NCBI GenBank assembly: GCA_040752415.1 | Contig: JBFMGU010000145.1 | Coordinates: 1-27,058 of the forward strand | From: Myxococcota bacterium | GTDB taxonomy: Bacteria; Myxococcota; JACRCW01 | Length of the DNA: 27,058 nt | Direction: 5' to 3' | Shown here: piece after piece, positions 1-9,743 of the stretch | Layout: the number at the start of each line of letters is the position of its first letter | Position numbering within the stretch: position 1 is the first letter of the stretch | Notes under the pieces: generated by a model | Seen by the model: only the letters and a program-made list of their open reading frames with translations | The model's database searches: none | What the model was told of the DNA's origin: nothing | Made by a program: the position numbers and the translations under genes

Positions 1-1098
1 TTCGCCGGCGCTGCTCGCGCGCAGCAACGCAGCCCGGGGCTCCCTCAACGCGGCAACATCAAGTCCGGGCGCCCGCAGGTTGCCATGCAACGGCTCCACG
101 TAACGGAGCGGGAGGAACTCGGGGCGCGCGCCGGCGGACACCAGCGTGTGTGCGTCGTTGAGCTCCGTGATCTGGAAATCGGGGAGTCCGTCACGCCTCG
201 CCTCCAACTCGAACGCCGCCCGCTCGCTCGCCGGCACCCGGGGAAGCCAACCCAGGGCCAGAATCCCCGGATGGCGTTGCAGCATGCAGTCGGTGAACAG
301 CCGGAACTCGGCCTGCGTCACGTGCTCGGACGCAAGGAAGAAGCTGCGCAGCGCGTAGGTGGTTTCCAGGTCGCGGTCCAGCTGTTCCTGGATGACGTCC
401 GAGAGCTCCCGCGCCTGCAGCTGGAACCGCGCGTGCGCCGCCTGCTCGTCGTGAAACCGGGAGAACGCGGTGACACACGTGGTGCCCGCAAACGCAACCA
501 GCAGCGGCACCGCAACCCGGAGCCGACGTGGCCTCCACACCTCACGCGGCTCGGCAAGGAACGAGAGCGCCACGGGAGTGAGGATGATGACCCCGATGAC
601 GTCGCCGGCCCACCACGTGAACCAGGTGAGCGGAATGCGCTCCACGGTCACCAGCCCGAAGGAAGACAACGCCGCCACCGCCACCGTGGGGGCCACCAGG
701 CAGGCCAGCGGTCCGCCCAGCGCCAGGAGCATCAGCACGTCCCTCTCGCGCTCCAGGACGAGGGGGAATGGCACGCAACGGCGCACCCATGCCGCTCCCA
801 CCAGGGCCTGCGCCGTGGAACCCGCGGCAATGGTCGCGGCACAGACCAGCGAAGGCAGCGGCGGGAGGCCGTCGGCGTGGCGGCACACGTCGTAGTTGAT
901 GAGGACGGAGGCCAGCATCACGCCGGGCCACACGCGCGCACCAAAGGCGAGAACGGCAGCCAACGCAATCCCGGCCGGCGGCCACGGGCTGGTGGCAAAG
1001 CCAGGGGGGATTGCCAGGAACAGCGCCGCCTTGCCGGCCACGTAATTCACGGCAGCAACAGCGGCGACGCGGGCGCACCACGGGCGGAGCTCCCCCAT
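1..1098 (-). CDS. MASE1 + CHASE domain membrane sensor protein (partial; C-terminus beyond left edge; output domain unknown)
   Basis: Not in ORF track. Translated by hand from ATG at 1098: MGELRPWCARVAAVAAVNYVAGKAALFLAIPPGFATSPWPPAGIALAAVLAFGARVWPGV...TWFTWWAGDVIGVIILTP. The WPPAGIA and WWxGDxxG motifs are MASE1-type. This is followed by ...VTQAEFRLF...HPGILALGWLPRV...FLPLRYVEP...GLDV (CHASE-like). Frame is open to position 1. Confidence 0.85.
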   Translation of the reverse strand, partial: MGELRPWCARVAAVAAVNYVAGKAALFLAIPPGFATSPWPPAGIALAAVLAFGARVWPGVMLASVLINYDVCRHADGLPPLPSLVCAATIAAGSTAQALVGAAWVRRCVPFPLVLERERDVLMLLALGGPLACLVAPTVAVAALSSFGLVTVERIPLTWFTWWAGDVIGVIILTPVALSFLAEPREVWRPRRLRVAVPLLVAFAGTTCVTAFSRFHDEQAAHARFQLQARELSDVIQEQLDRDLETTYALRSFFLASEHVTQAEFRLFTDCMLQRHPGILALGWLPRVPASERAAFELEARRDGLPDFQITELNDAHTLVSAGARPEFLPLRYVEPLHGNLRAPGLDVAALREPRAALLRASSAGE

Positions 1099-1491
1099 GC
1101 AGCCTGACCTACCGGCTCCCGCCCCGGAGGGCTGATGCGCTTGCGTGGAGCGCCGCGGCGGCGGAAACGCGCGCGTGGGCGTTGGCGCCACCCGGCGTCC
1201 TCCCATGCGTCACGCGACGGGTGACACGCGGCTTGAGTCCAGCCCTGAGCACGCAGCGTCTGGGCCGGGGCACAACACAAGGTCGTGGCGACCGCGCGCA
1301 CGCAGCGTTTGTGGCCCTGATTCCGAACTGGCGTCCGCGTCCCGAGGTGGGGGCAACGCCCATCGGCGCGAGAGCTGGTGTGGCATTCTCGAACGGGAAA
1401 AATGCCGCTTGCGGACGCGGAGTAGCGTCGTAAGAATCGAGAGCGTGGGCGAGGGGGGCCAGGCACTCCAGGCGAACGTGCGGGGGCGGAC

Positions 1492-2769
1492 ATGGCAGGT
1501 GGCTCCGGAAAGCTCTTCGACGAGCGCCGTCACGGAAGTCCCGCGCTGGGCACGCCGCGTCCGGTCGCGGAGGCGTCCGGCGGCGTGGGTGTCACCCCCT
1601 GGTATGTCCGTCGTCCCAGCCCGCAACCGGTCCCGCGCTCACCGCCCACCGTGGCCCCATCCGCGGCACCGGCGCCGGCCCACATCCTGATCGTCGAGGA
1701 CGACCTCGACGCGCGTGCGTTCCTGGAGGTTGCGCTGCGTGGGCCCGGCTACGTGGTCACCGCGGTCTCCGACGGAGCCTCCGCCCTCCGTGAGCTCCGG
1801 GCCGCGCCGCCCAACGTGCTCCTCCTGGACCTGGGCCTGCCGCTGCTCGACGGATACGAGGTGCTGCGCCAGCTGCGCACGTTCGCCTCGTCGCTGGAGG
1901 TGCCGGTGGTGGTGATGAGCGGACGTGGCGACCACACCGACGTGGCGCGCGCCCTCTCGGAAGGCGCCAACGACTACATCACCAAGCCCGTGGACCTGGA
2001 CGTGCTCCACGCGCGCATCCGCGTGCAGCTCGAGGCGCACCGCGCGCACACCCGCCTGCAGCGCATCAACCGCCTCCAGGACGACTTCCTGCGCGTTGCC
2101 AGCCATGACATCCGCAACCCGCTCACCGCGGTGCTGCTCAACATCCGCTCGCTGGCAAGCGGTCGCGCCGGTGCGCTGACGCCGGAGCAGGCCGCCATGT
2201 TGGCGCGCGCCGCGCGCAGCAGTGAGTTCTGCCTCCACCTCCTGGAGAACCTGCTGGAGATGGTCCGCCTGGAGGCCGCGCCGCTGGGGCTGGTGATGAC
2301 GGAGGCGCACGCCGGCGCGGTGTTGGGCGAAGTGGTGGAACGTCACGCCGCGGAAGCGGCCGCCAAGCACATCCGCATCTCCACCATGATCTCCGACGGA
2401 CTCCCGCCCGTGACCGCCGACCCCCTGCGCCTGCAGCAGGCCCTGGGGAACCTCCTCTCCAACGCGCTCAAGTTCTCGCACCGCAACAGCGAGGTGCGCG
2501 TGCTGGCCTTCCACGACGGCGACGCCGTGGCCTTCGAGGTGATGGACCAGGGACAGGGCATCCCCGCCGAGGAGCAGTCGTTGCTCTTCCATCCCTTCCA
2601 GAAGCTCACCGTCCGCCCCACCGGCAGTGAGCCCACGGCGGGGTTGGGGCTGGCCATCACCAGGCGCATCGTCGAGCTGCACCGTGGTGAGCTGCTCCTG
2701 CACAGCCAGGTGGGCGTGGGCACCACGGTGCGCGTGCGAATTCCCGCCACGCCCGGAAAATCCGCCTGA
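1492..2769 (+). CDS. Hybrid response regulator / sensor histidine kinase (REC-HisKA-HATPase), cytoplasmic
   Basis: Receiver: ILIVEDD, LLLDLGLP, DYITKP. H-box ASHDIRNPL, N-box NLLSNALKF, G1 DQGQGI, F-box LFHPF, G2 GLGLAI. No TM segments. Start uncertain because of a Pro-rich leader of about 60 aa. Confidence 0.93.
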   Translation: MAGGSGKLFDERRHGSPALGTPRPVAEASGGVGVTPWYVRRPSPQPVPRSPPTVAPSAAPAPAHILIVEDDLDARAFLEVALRGPGYVVTAVSDGASALRELRAAPPNVLLLDLGLPLLDGYEVLRQLRTFASSLEVPVVVMSGRGDHTDVARALSEGANDYITKPVDLDVLHARIRVQLEAHRAHTRLQRINRLQDDFLRVASHDIRNPLTAVLLNIRSLASGRAGALTPEQAAMLARAARSSEFCLHLLENLLEMVRLEAAPLGLVMTEAHAGAVLGEVVERHAAEAAAKHIRISTMISDGLPPVTADPLRLQQALGNLLSNALKFSHRNSEVRVLAFHDGDAVAFEVMDQGQGIPAEEQSLLFHPFQKLTVRPTGSEPTAGLGLAITRRIVELHRGELLLHSQVGVGTTVRVRIPATPGKSA

Positions 2770-2817
2770 GGCCGCGCCGCTTGCGCCCCAATCGCCCGAT
2801 GGTACTCGTGGCGCATC

Positions 2818-4455
2818 GTGCGTCCCGTGGTGACCAACCCACCCGCCACGCCCTCCACCGGGCTGCAGCTCCTGGCGTTGGCAACGCTGGCGCTGGCGTC
2901 GCGGGCGACGATCCTGCGCAACGGCTTTGCGTTCGATGACTTCCCGCTGCTGGTGCAGAACCCGTTGCTGACGTCGTGGGGCAACGTCCCGGAGATCCTG
3001 GGCAGTCACCTGTGGCGCACGCTGACCACGGGCGCGGTCAACTACTACCGACCCGTGCTCTCGCTCGCGTACCTGGCGGTGGCCCAGCTGCTGGGCGTGC
3101 AGGCGTGGGCGTTCCACCTGTTCAGTGTCCTCGTCCACGTCGGGGCCACGCTGCTGGTGTTCCGCGTGGCGCGCGTGGTGCTGGCGCATCCGCGTGCTGC
3201 CACCTTGTCCCGCCCGGAGCGACGCGTGCTGCCCCTCGTCGTCGCTGCGCTCTTTGCGGTGCACCCCACGCACACCGAGGCCGTGGCCTGGGCGTGCGCG
3301 GTGCAGGAACCCATGGTGCTGGTGGGCATGCTGCTCTCCACTCTCTTCTTCCTCCGCGCCCGACGGGGCGAGCCCGGGCGGGTGGCCGCATCCACGGCGG
3401 CGCTCGTCGTGGCGCTGGGCACCAAGGAGCTGGCGCTGGTTACCCCCGCCCTGCTCTTCGGCTGCGCGTGGCTGCTGCGAGGCCCGTCCACGTTCCGTCA
3501 CTGGGCGCCGCGCCTGGTGCCGCATCTCGTCGTGGTCGCGGGCTATCTCGGGCTGCGGGTCAGCGTGCTGGGTGAGGTGGCGCCGTTGCGCCGCTTCGCG
3601 GACCTGGACGGCCTGCAGGTGGCCCTCTCCGGCGCGTGGCACCTCGTCAGCTACCTGGGGAAGACGCTCATCCCGGTGGGGCTGCGTTATCCCTACGTCT
3701 TCCATCCCGTCCTCCACGTCACGGAGTGGCGCGCCCTGGTGGCGGTGCTGGTGACGGTGCTGGTGACGGCGTTGGCCTGGCGCGTGCGGCGCTCCCATCC
3801 CGTCGTCACGTTGGGCCTGGCGTGGACCGTGGTGGCGCTGGCGCCCGTGCTCTACGTCCCCGTCCTCGGTGAGGCGGCGTTCGCGGACCGCTACGTGTAC
3901 GTGCCCTCGTTCGGCCTCCTGCTCGCCGTGTGCGTCGGTGCGCCGTCGCTGCGTGGCGTGCTGGGGACGCGGGTCCTGGTGGGCTTCGCCCTTGGGGTGG
4001 TGCTCGTCTTCACCGTGCACAGCGTGCAGCGTGGCCGGCTCTGGCGTGAGGAGGTGCGGGTCACGCTGGATGCCGCCGCCCGGGAGCCGGATCCCGCCGT
4101 GGCGCATACCGCGCGCGCCAGTGAGCTCATCCGCATGAACAAGCTCGACGACGCCCGGCTCCACGTGGACGCGGCGCTGGCCACCAACCCCACCTTTGCG
4201 CCGGCGCACCACAATCTCGGCGTGATCCACGCGCAGCGCGGAGACGTGGAGCGCGCGGCGGATGAGCTGCTGCAGGCGTTGTTGCTGGATCCGGGGATGG
4301 TGGAGCCCCACGTCGTGCTGGCACGGATCCACCGGCAGGTCGGCAACGTGGAGGAAGCCACCCGGCATGAGCAGGATGCGGAGCGGCTGCGTCAGGAGCG
4401 CGCGGCTTCCGCGTCCTCGGGAGTGAGGCCCGCCCATCGTCCGGACGTTCCTTGA
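2818..4455 (+). CDS. TMTC/DUF1736-like multi-pass GT-C glycosyltransferase with C-terminal TPR repeats
   Basis: FAFDD in the first loop, [18 protein letters not shown] and [10 protein letters not shown] motifs, many hydrophobic helices, and TPRs ([18 protein letters not shown]). Confidence 0.8.
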   Translation: MRPVVTNPPATPSTGLQLLALATLALASRATILRNGFAFDDFPLLVQNPLLTSWGNVPEILGSHLWRTLTTGAVNYYRPVLSLAYLAVAQLLGVQAWAFHLFSVLVHVGATLLVFRVARVVLAHPRAATLSRPERRVLPLVVAALFAVHPTHTEAVAWACAVQEPMVLVGMLLSTLFFLRARRGEPGRVAASTAALVVALGTKELALVTPALLFGCAWLLRGPSTFRHWAPRLVPHLVVVAGYLGLRVSVLGEVAPLRRFADLDGLQVALSGAWHLVSYLGKTLIPVGLRYPYVFHPVLHVTEWRALVAVLVTVLVTALAWRVRRSHPVVTLGLAWTVVALAPVLYVPVLGEAAFADRYVYVPSFGLLLAVCVGAPSLRGVLGTRVLVGFALGVVLVFTVHSVQRGRLWREEVRVTLDAAAREPDPAVAHTARASELIRMNKLDDARLHVDAALATNPTFAPAHHNLGVIHAQRGDVERAADELLQALLLDPGMVEPHVVLARIHRQVGNVEEATRHEQDAERLRQERAASASSGVRPAHRPDVP

Positions 4456-4525
4456 CCCCACGGGCCCCTCTGGCTACATGCGGCGCGCCCCCCTTCCATC
4501 AACCCTCGCCCGAGGCTGTAGCAGC

Positions 4526-5299
4526 ATGAAAGACCAAGCCCTCAAGCCCCGCTTCCGACGCGTCCTGCTCAAGCTTTCCGGGGAGGCGCTCCAGGGTGAG
4601 GGCAAGGGCGGCATCAGTCCCAAGATCCTCGTCGACATCGCCACCGAGGTGAAGGACGTGGTGGCCATGGGCGTGGAGGTGGCCCTGGTCATTGGCGGCG
4701 GCAACATCTTCCGCGGCGTCAGCGCGGCCACGGAGGGCATGGACCGCGCCACCGCGGACTACATGGGCATGCTGGCCACCGTCATCAACGCCATGGCCAT
4801 GCAGGACGCGCTGGAGCGGCTGGGCGTGCCCACGCGCGTGCTCTCCGCCATCGAGATGAGCGCGCTGTGTGAGCCGTACATCCGTCGTCGCGCGCTGCGG
4901 CACCTGGAGAAGGGCCGCGTGGTGATCTTCGCCGCGGGCACGGGCAACCCGTACTTCACCACGGACACCGGTGCGTCGTTGCGCGGGATGGAGATCCACG
5001 CCGACGTCATCCTCAAGGCCACCAAGGTGGACGGCATCTATGACCGGGACCCGCTCAAGGATCCCACCGCCACCCGCTATGAGCGCGTGAGCTACCCGGA
5101 GGTCCTGCAGAAGGGCCTCAAGGTCATGGACTCCACCGCCATCAGCCTCTGCATGGACAACAACATGCCCATCATCGTGTTCAACCTCAACGAGCACGGC
5201 AACATCCTCCGGGCCGTGCGCGGGGAGAAGGTGGGCACGCTGGTGGGAGAGCTCCCGCCGCCGCCGAGCGCCCGGGCGCAGAAGGAGCAGCATGTTTGA
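4526..5299 (+). CDS. pyrH: UMP kinase
   Basis: [60 protein letters not shown] 4526 preferred over 4478. Confidence 0.98.
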   Translation: MKDQALKPRFRRVLLKLSGEALQGEGKGGISPKILVDIATEVKDVVAMGVEVALVIGGGNIFRGVSAATEGMDRATADYMGMLATVINAMAMQDALERLGVPTRVLSAIEMSALCEPYIRRRALRHLEKGRVVIFAAGTGNPYFTTDTGASLRGMEIHADVILKATKVDGIYDRDPLKDPTATRYERVSYPEVLQKGLKVMDSTAISLCMDNNMPIIVFNLNEHGNILRAVRGEKVGTLVGELPPPPSARAQKEQHV

Positions 5300-5849
5300 A
5301 GACGTCATCTCCGAGACCCGGTCGGCCATGATCGCCGCGGTGGAGGCCCTCAAGGCGCAGCTCAGCAAGGTGCGCACCGGCCGCGCCAACCTGGCCATCC
5401 TCGACGGAATCCGCGTGGACTACTACGGCACGCCCACGCCGCTGAACCAGATTGCCTCCCTCACCGTGGCGGACCCGCGCCTCATCGTCATCAAGCCCTG
5501 GGAGAAGCGCCTGCTCGCGGACATCGAGAAGGCCATCAAGGCCTCCGACGTGGGCATCACCCCGCAGAATGACGGCGAGATCGTGCGGCTGCCCATTCCG
5601 CCGCTGACGGAGGAGCGTCGCAAGGATCTCAGCAAGCAGGCCCGCGGCAAGGGTGAGGATGCCAAGCTGGTCATCCGCAATTCCCGTCGTGACGCCAATG
5701 ACATGATCAAGGAGATGGAGAAGGACGGGACCATCACGGAAGACGACAGCGCCCGTGCGCTGAAGCGCATCCAGGATGAGACCGACGCCCACATCAAGCA
5801 GGTGGACGACGTGGTGGCCAAGAAGGAAAAGGAGATCATGGAGGTCTGA
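5292..5849 (+). CDS. frr: Ribosome recycling factor
   Basis: [52 protein letters not shown]. Overlaps the pyrH end by 8 nt. Confidence 0.98.
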   Translation: MFEDVISETRSAMIAAVEALKAQLSKVRTGRANLAILDGIRVDYYGTPTPLNQIASLTVADPRLIVIKPWEKRLLADIEKAIKASDVGITPQNDGEIVRLPIPPLTEERRKDLSKQARGKGEDAKLVIRNSRRDANDMIKEMEKDGTITEDDSARALKRIQDETDAHIKQVDDVVAKKEKEIMEV

Positions 5850-5881
5850 GCCCCATCCCTGGTGGCTCCCTCCCTCCGGCC

Positions 5882-6391
5882 ATGAGCAAGCCGCTGTTGT
5901 TCATCCTCGTGGCCGTGGTGGCCTGGGGCGCGGCCCCGCTGTTCGACAAGCTCGGCCTCAAGGAAGGCATCGACCCGCTCCTGGCGCTGCTGGTGCGCGC
6001 CACCACCATCCTGGCCACGCTGCTGGTGCTGGTGGCCGTGCAGGGCAAGCTGGGCGAGGCGTTCAAGGTCAGCAGCACCACCGCCATGCTGCTCGCCGCC
6101 GGCGGCGTCACCAGTGCCGTGCTGGGCATGTGGTTCTACTTCTCCGCGCTGCAGACCATGGACGCGTGGCTGGTGGTGGCGCTGACCAGCACGTATCCCG
6201 CCGTCACCATGGTGCTCTCCTGGCTCTTCCTCCGGGAGCGGCTCACCGGCGCGCAGTGGCTGGGCGTGGCCTTGATCGTGGCGGGGGTGGTGCTCCTGGA
6301 GCTGGCCACTCCGTCGTCACTTTTGTCCGCGCGGCGCCCGGCCCCGACGGAACGGGTGGAGGGCTCCACCGCGCAGGACCCCGGTACCTGA
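5882..6391 (+). CDS. EamA/DMT family transporter (single domain, about 5 TM)
   Basis: AWGAAPLFDK, YFSALQ, VVALTSTYP, LFLRERLTGAQWLGVALIVAG are typical DMT signatures. Confidence 0.85.
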   Translation: MSKPLLFILVAVVAWGAAPLFDKLGLKEGIDPLLALLVRATTILATLLVLVAVQGKLGEAFKVSSTTAMLLAAGGVTSAVLGMWFYFSALQTMDAWLVVALTSTYPAVTMVLSWLFLRERLTGAQWLGVALIVAGVVLLELATPSSLLSARRPAPTERVEGSTAQDPGT

Positions 6392-6446
6392 GACGGAGCC
6401 CGAGGCCACTGGCCCTCACCCGCGTGCCCGGTTATGAGGGCGCGCC

Positions 6447-8600
6447 ATGTCCTTCCCACACACTCTCCGTCGTCACTTCCTGATCCCTGCCGCCCTGCTC
6501 CTCGCCACGCCGGTGGCGCATGCCGCCAAGGTGGAGGTCCACAGCGTCACGGGCTTCGAGAAGCTGGCGGAGGGTGAGCCGCGCGGCACCGCGGTGGCCT
6601 CCCACGGCGCGGTGGTCCTGGCTCCGACGGCGAACACCGTGGCCGAGCTCAGCGGCGGCCCCGTGCTGGCCGTGGTCCACGACGGAAAAGGCACCACCTA
6701 CGCCGCCCTGGCCACGCCCGGCCGCGTGGTGGCGGTGGATGCGCAGGGGAAGACCCGCACGCTGCTGGAGACGGAGGAGCCGGTGGTGAGCGCGCTGGCG
6801 CTCGACGGAAAGGACGGTCTGTTCGTCGCCACCGCGCCCGAGGGCAAGGTGCTGCGCGTGGACCTCAAGACCGGCAAGAGCGTGACCTGGTGGAAGCCCG
6901 CCGAGAAGTACCTGTGGGGCATGGCGTGGGATGGGAGCGCGCTGCACGTCGTCACCGGGGATTCCGGTGCGCTCTACAAGGTCACCGCGCAGAACCAGGC
7001 GCAGCGCGTGGCGGAGAAGCCGCTGACGGAGAAGGCCTTGCGCTCGGTGGCGGTGTTGCCGGGTGGCAAGGGTGTCGTCGTGGGGGGCGGGCGCAAGGGC
7101 ATCCTGTGGACGGTGGATGCCAAGGGCGTGCCGTTTGCGCTGTATGACTCCTCCCTCGAGGAGGTGACCTCCGTGGCGGTGCGCGCCGACGGAGCCATTG
7201 CCGCCTCCCTGGTGGCCAACGAAGCCAAGGGTGGCGGTGACGACGAGCTGCTGGCCGCGAGCGAGGCCGGCGCCGAGGTGGATGACACCATCCCGCGCGA
7301 CACCAAGGCGTCCGAAGTGGTGGTGATCATGCCCAACGGCGAGATGCGTCGCATCTGGCGGGGCAAGAAGGACGGCGCGTACGCCGTGGCCTTCGACGAG
7401 CGGGACGGCGTGCTGATTGGCACCGGCGGTCGCGGGCGGCTCTACCGCGTGGAGCTGGAGAGCCGGCGCATTGCGCTGGTGGCGCAGGTGGACAGCAGCC
7501 GCGTGACGTCGATGGCTCGCGGTCCGGGCGGCGTGGTGCTGGGTCTGAGCCACGCTTCGCGGGTGGCGCTGGTGACCAACGCGCCGGCCCGGGAGGGCAC
7601 CTATCTGTCGACGGTGATGGACAGCGAGAAGACGGTGCGCTTTGGCCGGCTGGATGCGCGCGCGGAAGTGCCCGCCGGGAGCAAGGTGACCCTGCAGCTG
7701 CGCACCGGCAACACCGAGGAGCCCGACGAGACCTGGAGCGCGTGGTCCGCCTCCGTGCCGTCCAGCGGGGGAGCGGTCACCGTGCCGCGCGCGCGCTTCG
7801 CGCAGGTGAAGGCCACGCTCACCTCCGACGGGAGGGCCGCCCCGGAGCTGCGTGAGCTGCACCTGGCCTACGCCGCCGACAACGCCCCGCCGCAGGTGCA
7901 GACGGTGGACGTGCTGGCGCCCGGCGTGCGCGTGGAGGCCATGCCTTCCGACGAGCCCAAGGGCCGCACCTTCACCGTGAGCAGCCGCGCGTTCGAGGAC
8001 TTCGAGCTCAAGCCGCTGCAGTCCCCCGCCCCGCCGGAGCCCGCCGCGCGCGCCAAGCAGACCTATGAAGCGGGCTGGCGCACCGTGGCCTGGCACGCCA
8101 CCGACGAGGACGAGGATGAGATGCGCTACACCGCGGAGCTGATGACCGACGGCGGCCAGCGCGTGCTGACGTTGGGCCAGGAGCTGCGGGACCCCTTCAT
8201 CTCGTTCGACGAGTCGCGCCTCCCCGACGGCGTCTACCGCGTGCGCATCCGCGCCACCGACGCACCGGGCAACCCCGCGGGCGCCGGGAAGAGCAGTGAG
8301 AAGGTGAGCGCCTCCTTCGCCATTGACCGCACCGCGCCGGGCATCACCACGCGCCTGGAGGGGAAGGCCCGCGTGCTGCTGACGGTGGAGGACCAGAGCC
8401 CGGTGATCCGCCTGTGGTGCAGCGTCGACGGGGGCGAGGCGCTGCAGGCCACGCCCAACGACGGATTGTGGGACGCCCCGCGTGAGGAGGCCAGCCTGGC
8501 GCTCCCCTCGCTGCAGAAGGGCCGGCACTTCGTGGCCTGTCGGGCGGAGGACGCCATGGGCAATGTGGGTCGGACGGTGGCGCCGGTGGATGTGCCCTGA
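6447..8600 (+). CDS. Secreted beta-propeller protein with C-terminal Ig/FnIII-like domains
   Basis: Sec signal ending AHA-A. Repeated blades (LFVATAPEGKVLRV, YLWGMAWDG, LIGTGGRGRLYRV). LRTGNTEEPDETWSAWS, WHATDEDED, LPDGVYRVRIRATD and IDRTAP suggest Ig-like modules. Confidence 0.7.
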   Translation: MSFPHTLRRHFLIPAALLLATPVAHAAKVEVHSVTGFEKLAEGEPRGTAVASHGAVVLAPTANTVAELSGGPVLAVVHDGKGTTYAALATPGRVVAVDAQGKTRTLLETEEPVVSALALDGKDGLFVATAPEGKVLRVDLKTGKSVTWWKPAEKYLWGMAWDGSALHVVTGDSGALYKVTAQNQAQRVAEKPLTEKALRSVAVLPGGKGVVVGGGRKGILWTVDAKGVPFALYDSSLEEVTSVAVRADGAIAASLVANEAKGGGDDELLAASEAGAEVDDTIPRDTKASEVVVIMPNGEMRRIWRGKKDGAYAVAFDERDGVLIGTGGRGRLYRVELESRRIALVAQVDSSRVTSMARGPGGVVLGLSHASRVALVTNAPAREGTYLSTVMDSEKTVRFGRLDARAEVPAGSKVTLQLRTGNTEEPDETWSAWSASVPSSGGAVTVPRARFAQVKATLTSDGRAAPELRELHLAYAADNAPPQVQTVDVLAPGVRVEAMPSDEPKGRTFTVSSRAFEDFELKPLQSPAPPEPAARAKQTYEAGWRTVAWHATDEDEDEMRYTAELMTDGGQRVLTLGQELRDPFISFDESRLPDGVYRVRIRATDAPGNPAGAGKSSEKVSASFAIDRTAPGITTRLEGKARVLLTVEDQSPVIRLWCSVDGGEALQATPNDGLWDAPREEASLALPSLQKGRHFVACRAEDAMGNVGRTVAPVDVP

Positions 8601-8660
8601 GGGGCCGCGTGTCAGTGCCGCACCGTTGTACTAGCGTCCGTCGTGAACGGAGGGGCAACG

Positions 8661-9512
8661 ATGATCCGGCTGACGGTGACACGCGAGGACGGGCGCCAGG
8701 CCACCTACGAGTTCGACCGCGACGAGGTCCTCATCGGCCGCGCGCCTCCCGCGGACATCATCCTGGACCATGACGCCGTCAGCCGTCGTCACGCGCGCAT
8801 CAGCCTCAAGAGCCAGGGGTGGCGGGTGGCGGACCTGGGCGCCGCCAATGGCGTGTTCCTGCAGCGTCGCGGGGAGCCGCCGGCGCAGCGCGTGATCGTG
8901 GAGCAGGTGGACACTGGCGACGTCATCTGCATCGAGCGCTTCCGCATCCGCTTCGAGCTCTTCGCCGACCAGAAGGCGCGCTGGGATGGCCTGGTGGAGG
9001 GTGAGGAGCAGCAGCCGCGCGCCACGGCGGGTCCCACGCAGCTGCTCTCCCTGACGGCGCTCAACGCCCAGCTGGAGGCGCGTCGGAGTGAGCGGGAGTC
9101 CGGTTCTTCCGCCGGCGACCGCCTGGACGCGCAGCTGGCGCTCTCCATGGGAGATCCCGTCGGCAGCCGCGCGCGCACCGACGTCAAGCCACCACCGGAG
9201 CTCCGTCGCGAGCTGGAGTTGCGGGAGGCCGGCGCCACCGACGCGCGCAAGCTCCCCATCTCCGTGGCGCCCATCCAGTTCGGCAGCGACCCCAGTTGTG
9301 ACGTCGTCATCAAGGGGCTGACGGTGCCGCGCTTCCTGGCCTCGCTGGAGCTGGACGGTGAGCGTGCGCTGCTGCGGCGGGTGGGCGGCGGCTTCATGGG
9401 GCCCCGCATCACCGTGAACGGCGAGCCCTTCAGGGAAGAGGCGCACCTCACCGACGGACAGCGCTTCTCCGTGGGCCCGGTCTCCGCCGTGGTCCGACTG
9501 CCCAAGGGCTGA
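8661..9512 (+). CDS. Tandem FHA-domain protein (N-terminal canonical FHA, C-terminal degenerate FHA)
   Basis: VLIGR...VSRRHARI...DLGAANGVF is a canonical FHA. Second copy: IQFGSDPSCDVVI...ITVNG...LTDGQRFSVG. GGAGG RBS at 8649-8653 supports ATG 8661. Confidence 0.88.
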   Translation: MIRLTVTREDGRQATYEFDRDEVLIGRAPPADIILDHDAVSRRHARISLKSQGWRVADLGAANGVFLQRRGEPPAQRVIVEQVDTGDVICIERFRIRFELFADQKARWDGLVEGEEQQPRATAGPTQLLSLTALNAQLEARRSERESGSSAGDRLDAQLALSMGDPVGSRARTDVKPPPELRRELELREAGATDARKLPISVAPIQFGSDPSCDVVIKGLTVPRFLASLELDGERALLRRVGGGFMGPRITVNGEPFREEAHLTDGQRFSVGPVSAVVRLPKG

Positions 9513-9530
9513 GTGGCGTCGGGAGTCCCC

Positions 9531-9670
9531 GGGGTGCCCAGGAAAGGAAGTCAGAAGTCAGAATGTAGAAGTCAGAAGGGGCTGGCCGGTCGCCTGGCGT
9601 CGTGTGCCCCCCTGACTCCGGACTCCGGACTCCAGACTCCTGACTTCTGACTTCCTTCTGGGGCGCACCC
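9531..9670. repeat. Intergenic inverted-repeat element made of tandem heptamers (GAAGTCA/GGAGTCN)
   Basis: Left arm GGGGTGCCCAGGAAAG then GAAGTCA GAAGTCA GAATGTA GAAGTCA (9547-9574). Right arm TGACTCC GGACTCC GGACTCC AGACTCC TGACTTC TGACTTC (9613-9654) then CTTCTGGGGCGCACCC. Confidence 0.9.
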
Positions 9671-9743
9671 AAGAACCCCGGTTGCCAACCACGCCTCGCG
9701 TTTGATAGCGGGAATCCCGTTTCATTGCGGGAGCTTTCACGCC

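Noticed and set aside
85..1107. 340-aa plus-strand ORF
   Set aside because: Mirror of the MASE1-CHASE gene on the minus strand.
1099..1491. Small ORFs in the divergent intergenic region
   Set aside because: Overlapping Arg/Ala/Pro-rich frames with no motif or clear RBS. More likely promoter DNA.
1639..4461. 940-aa minus-strand ORF
   Set aside because: Mirror frame of the kinase and TMTC-like genes; His/Arg/Gly-rich with no motifs.
9547..9654. Possible CRISPR array
   Set aside because: Units are 7-bp tandem repeats without unique spacers, and there are no cas genes in the window.
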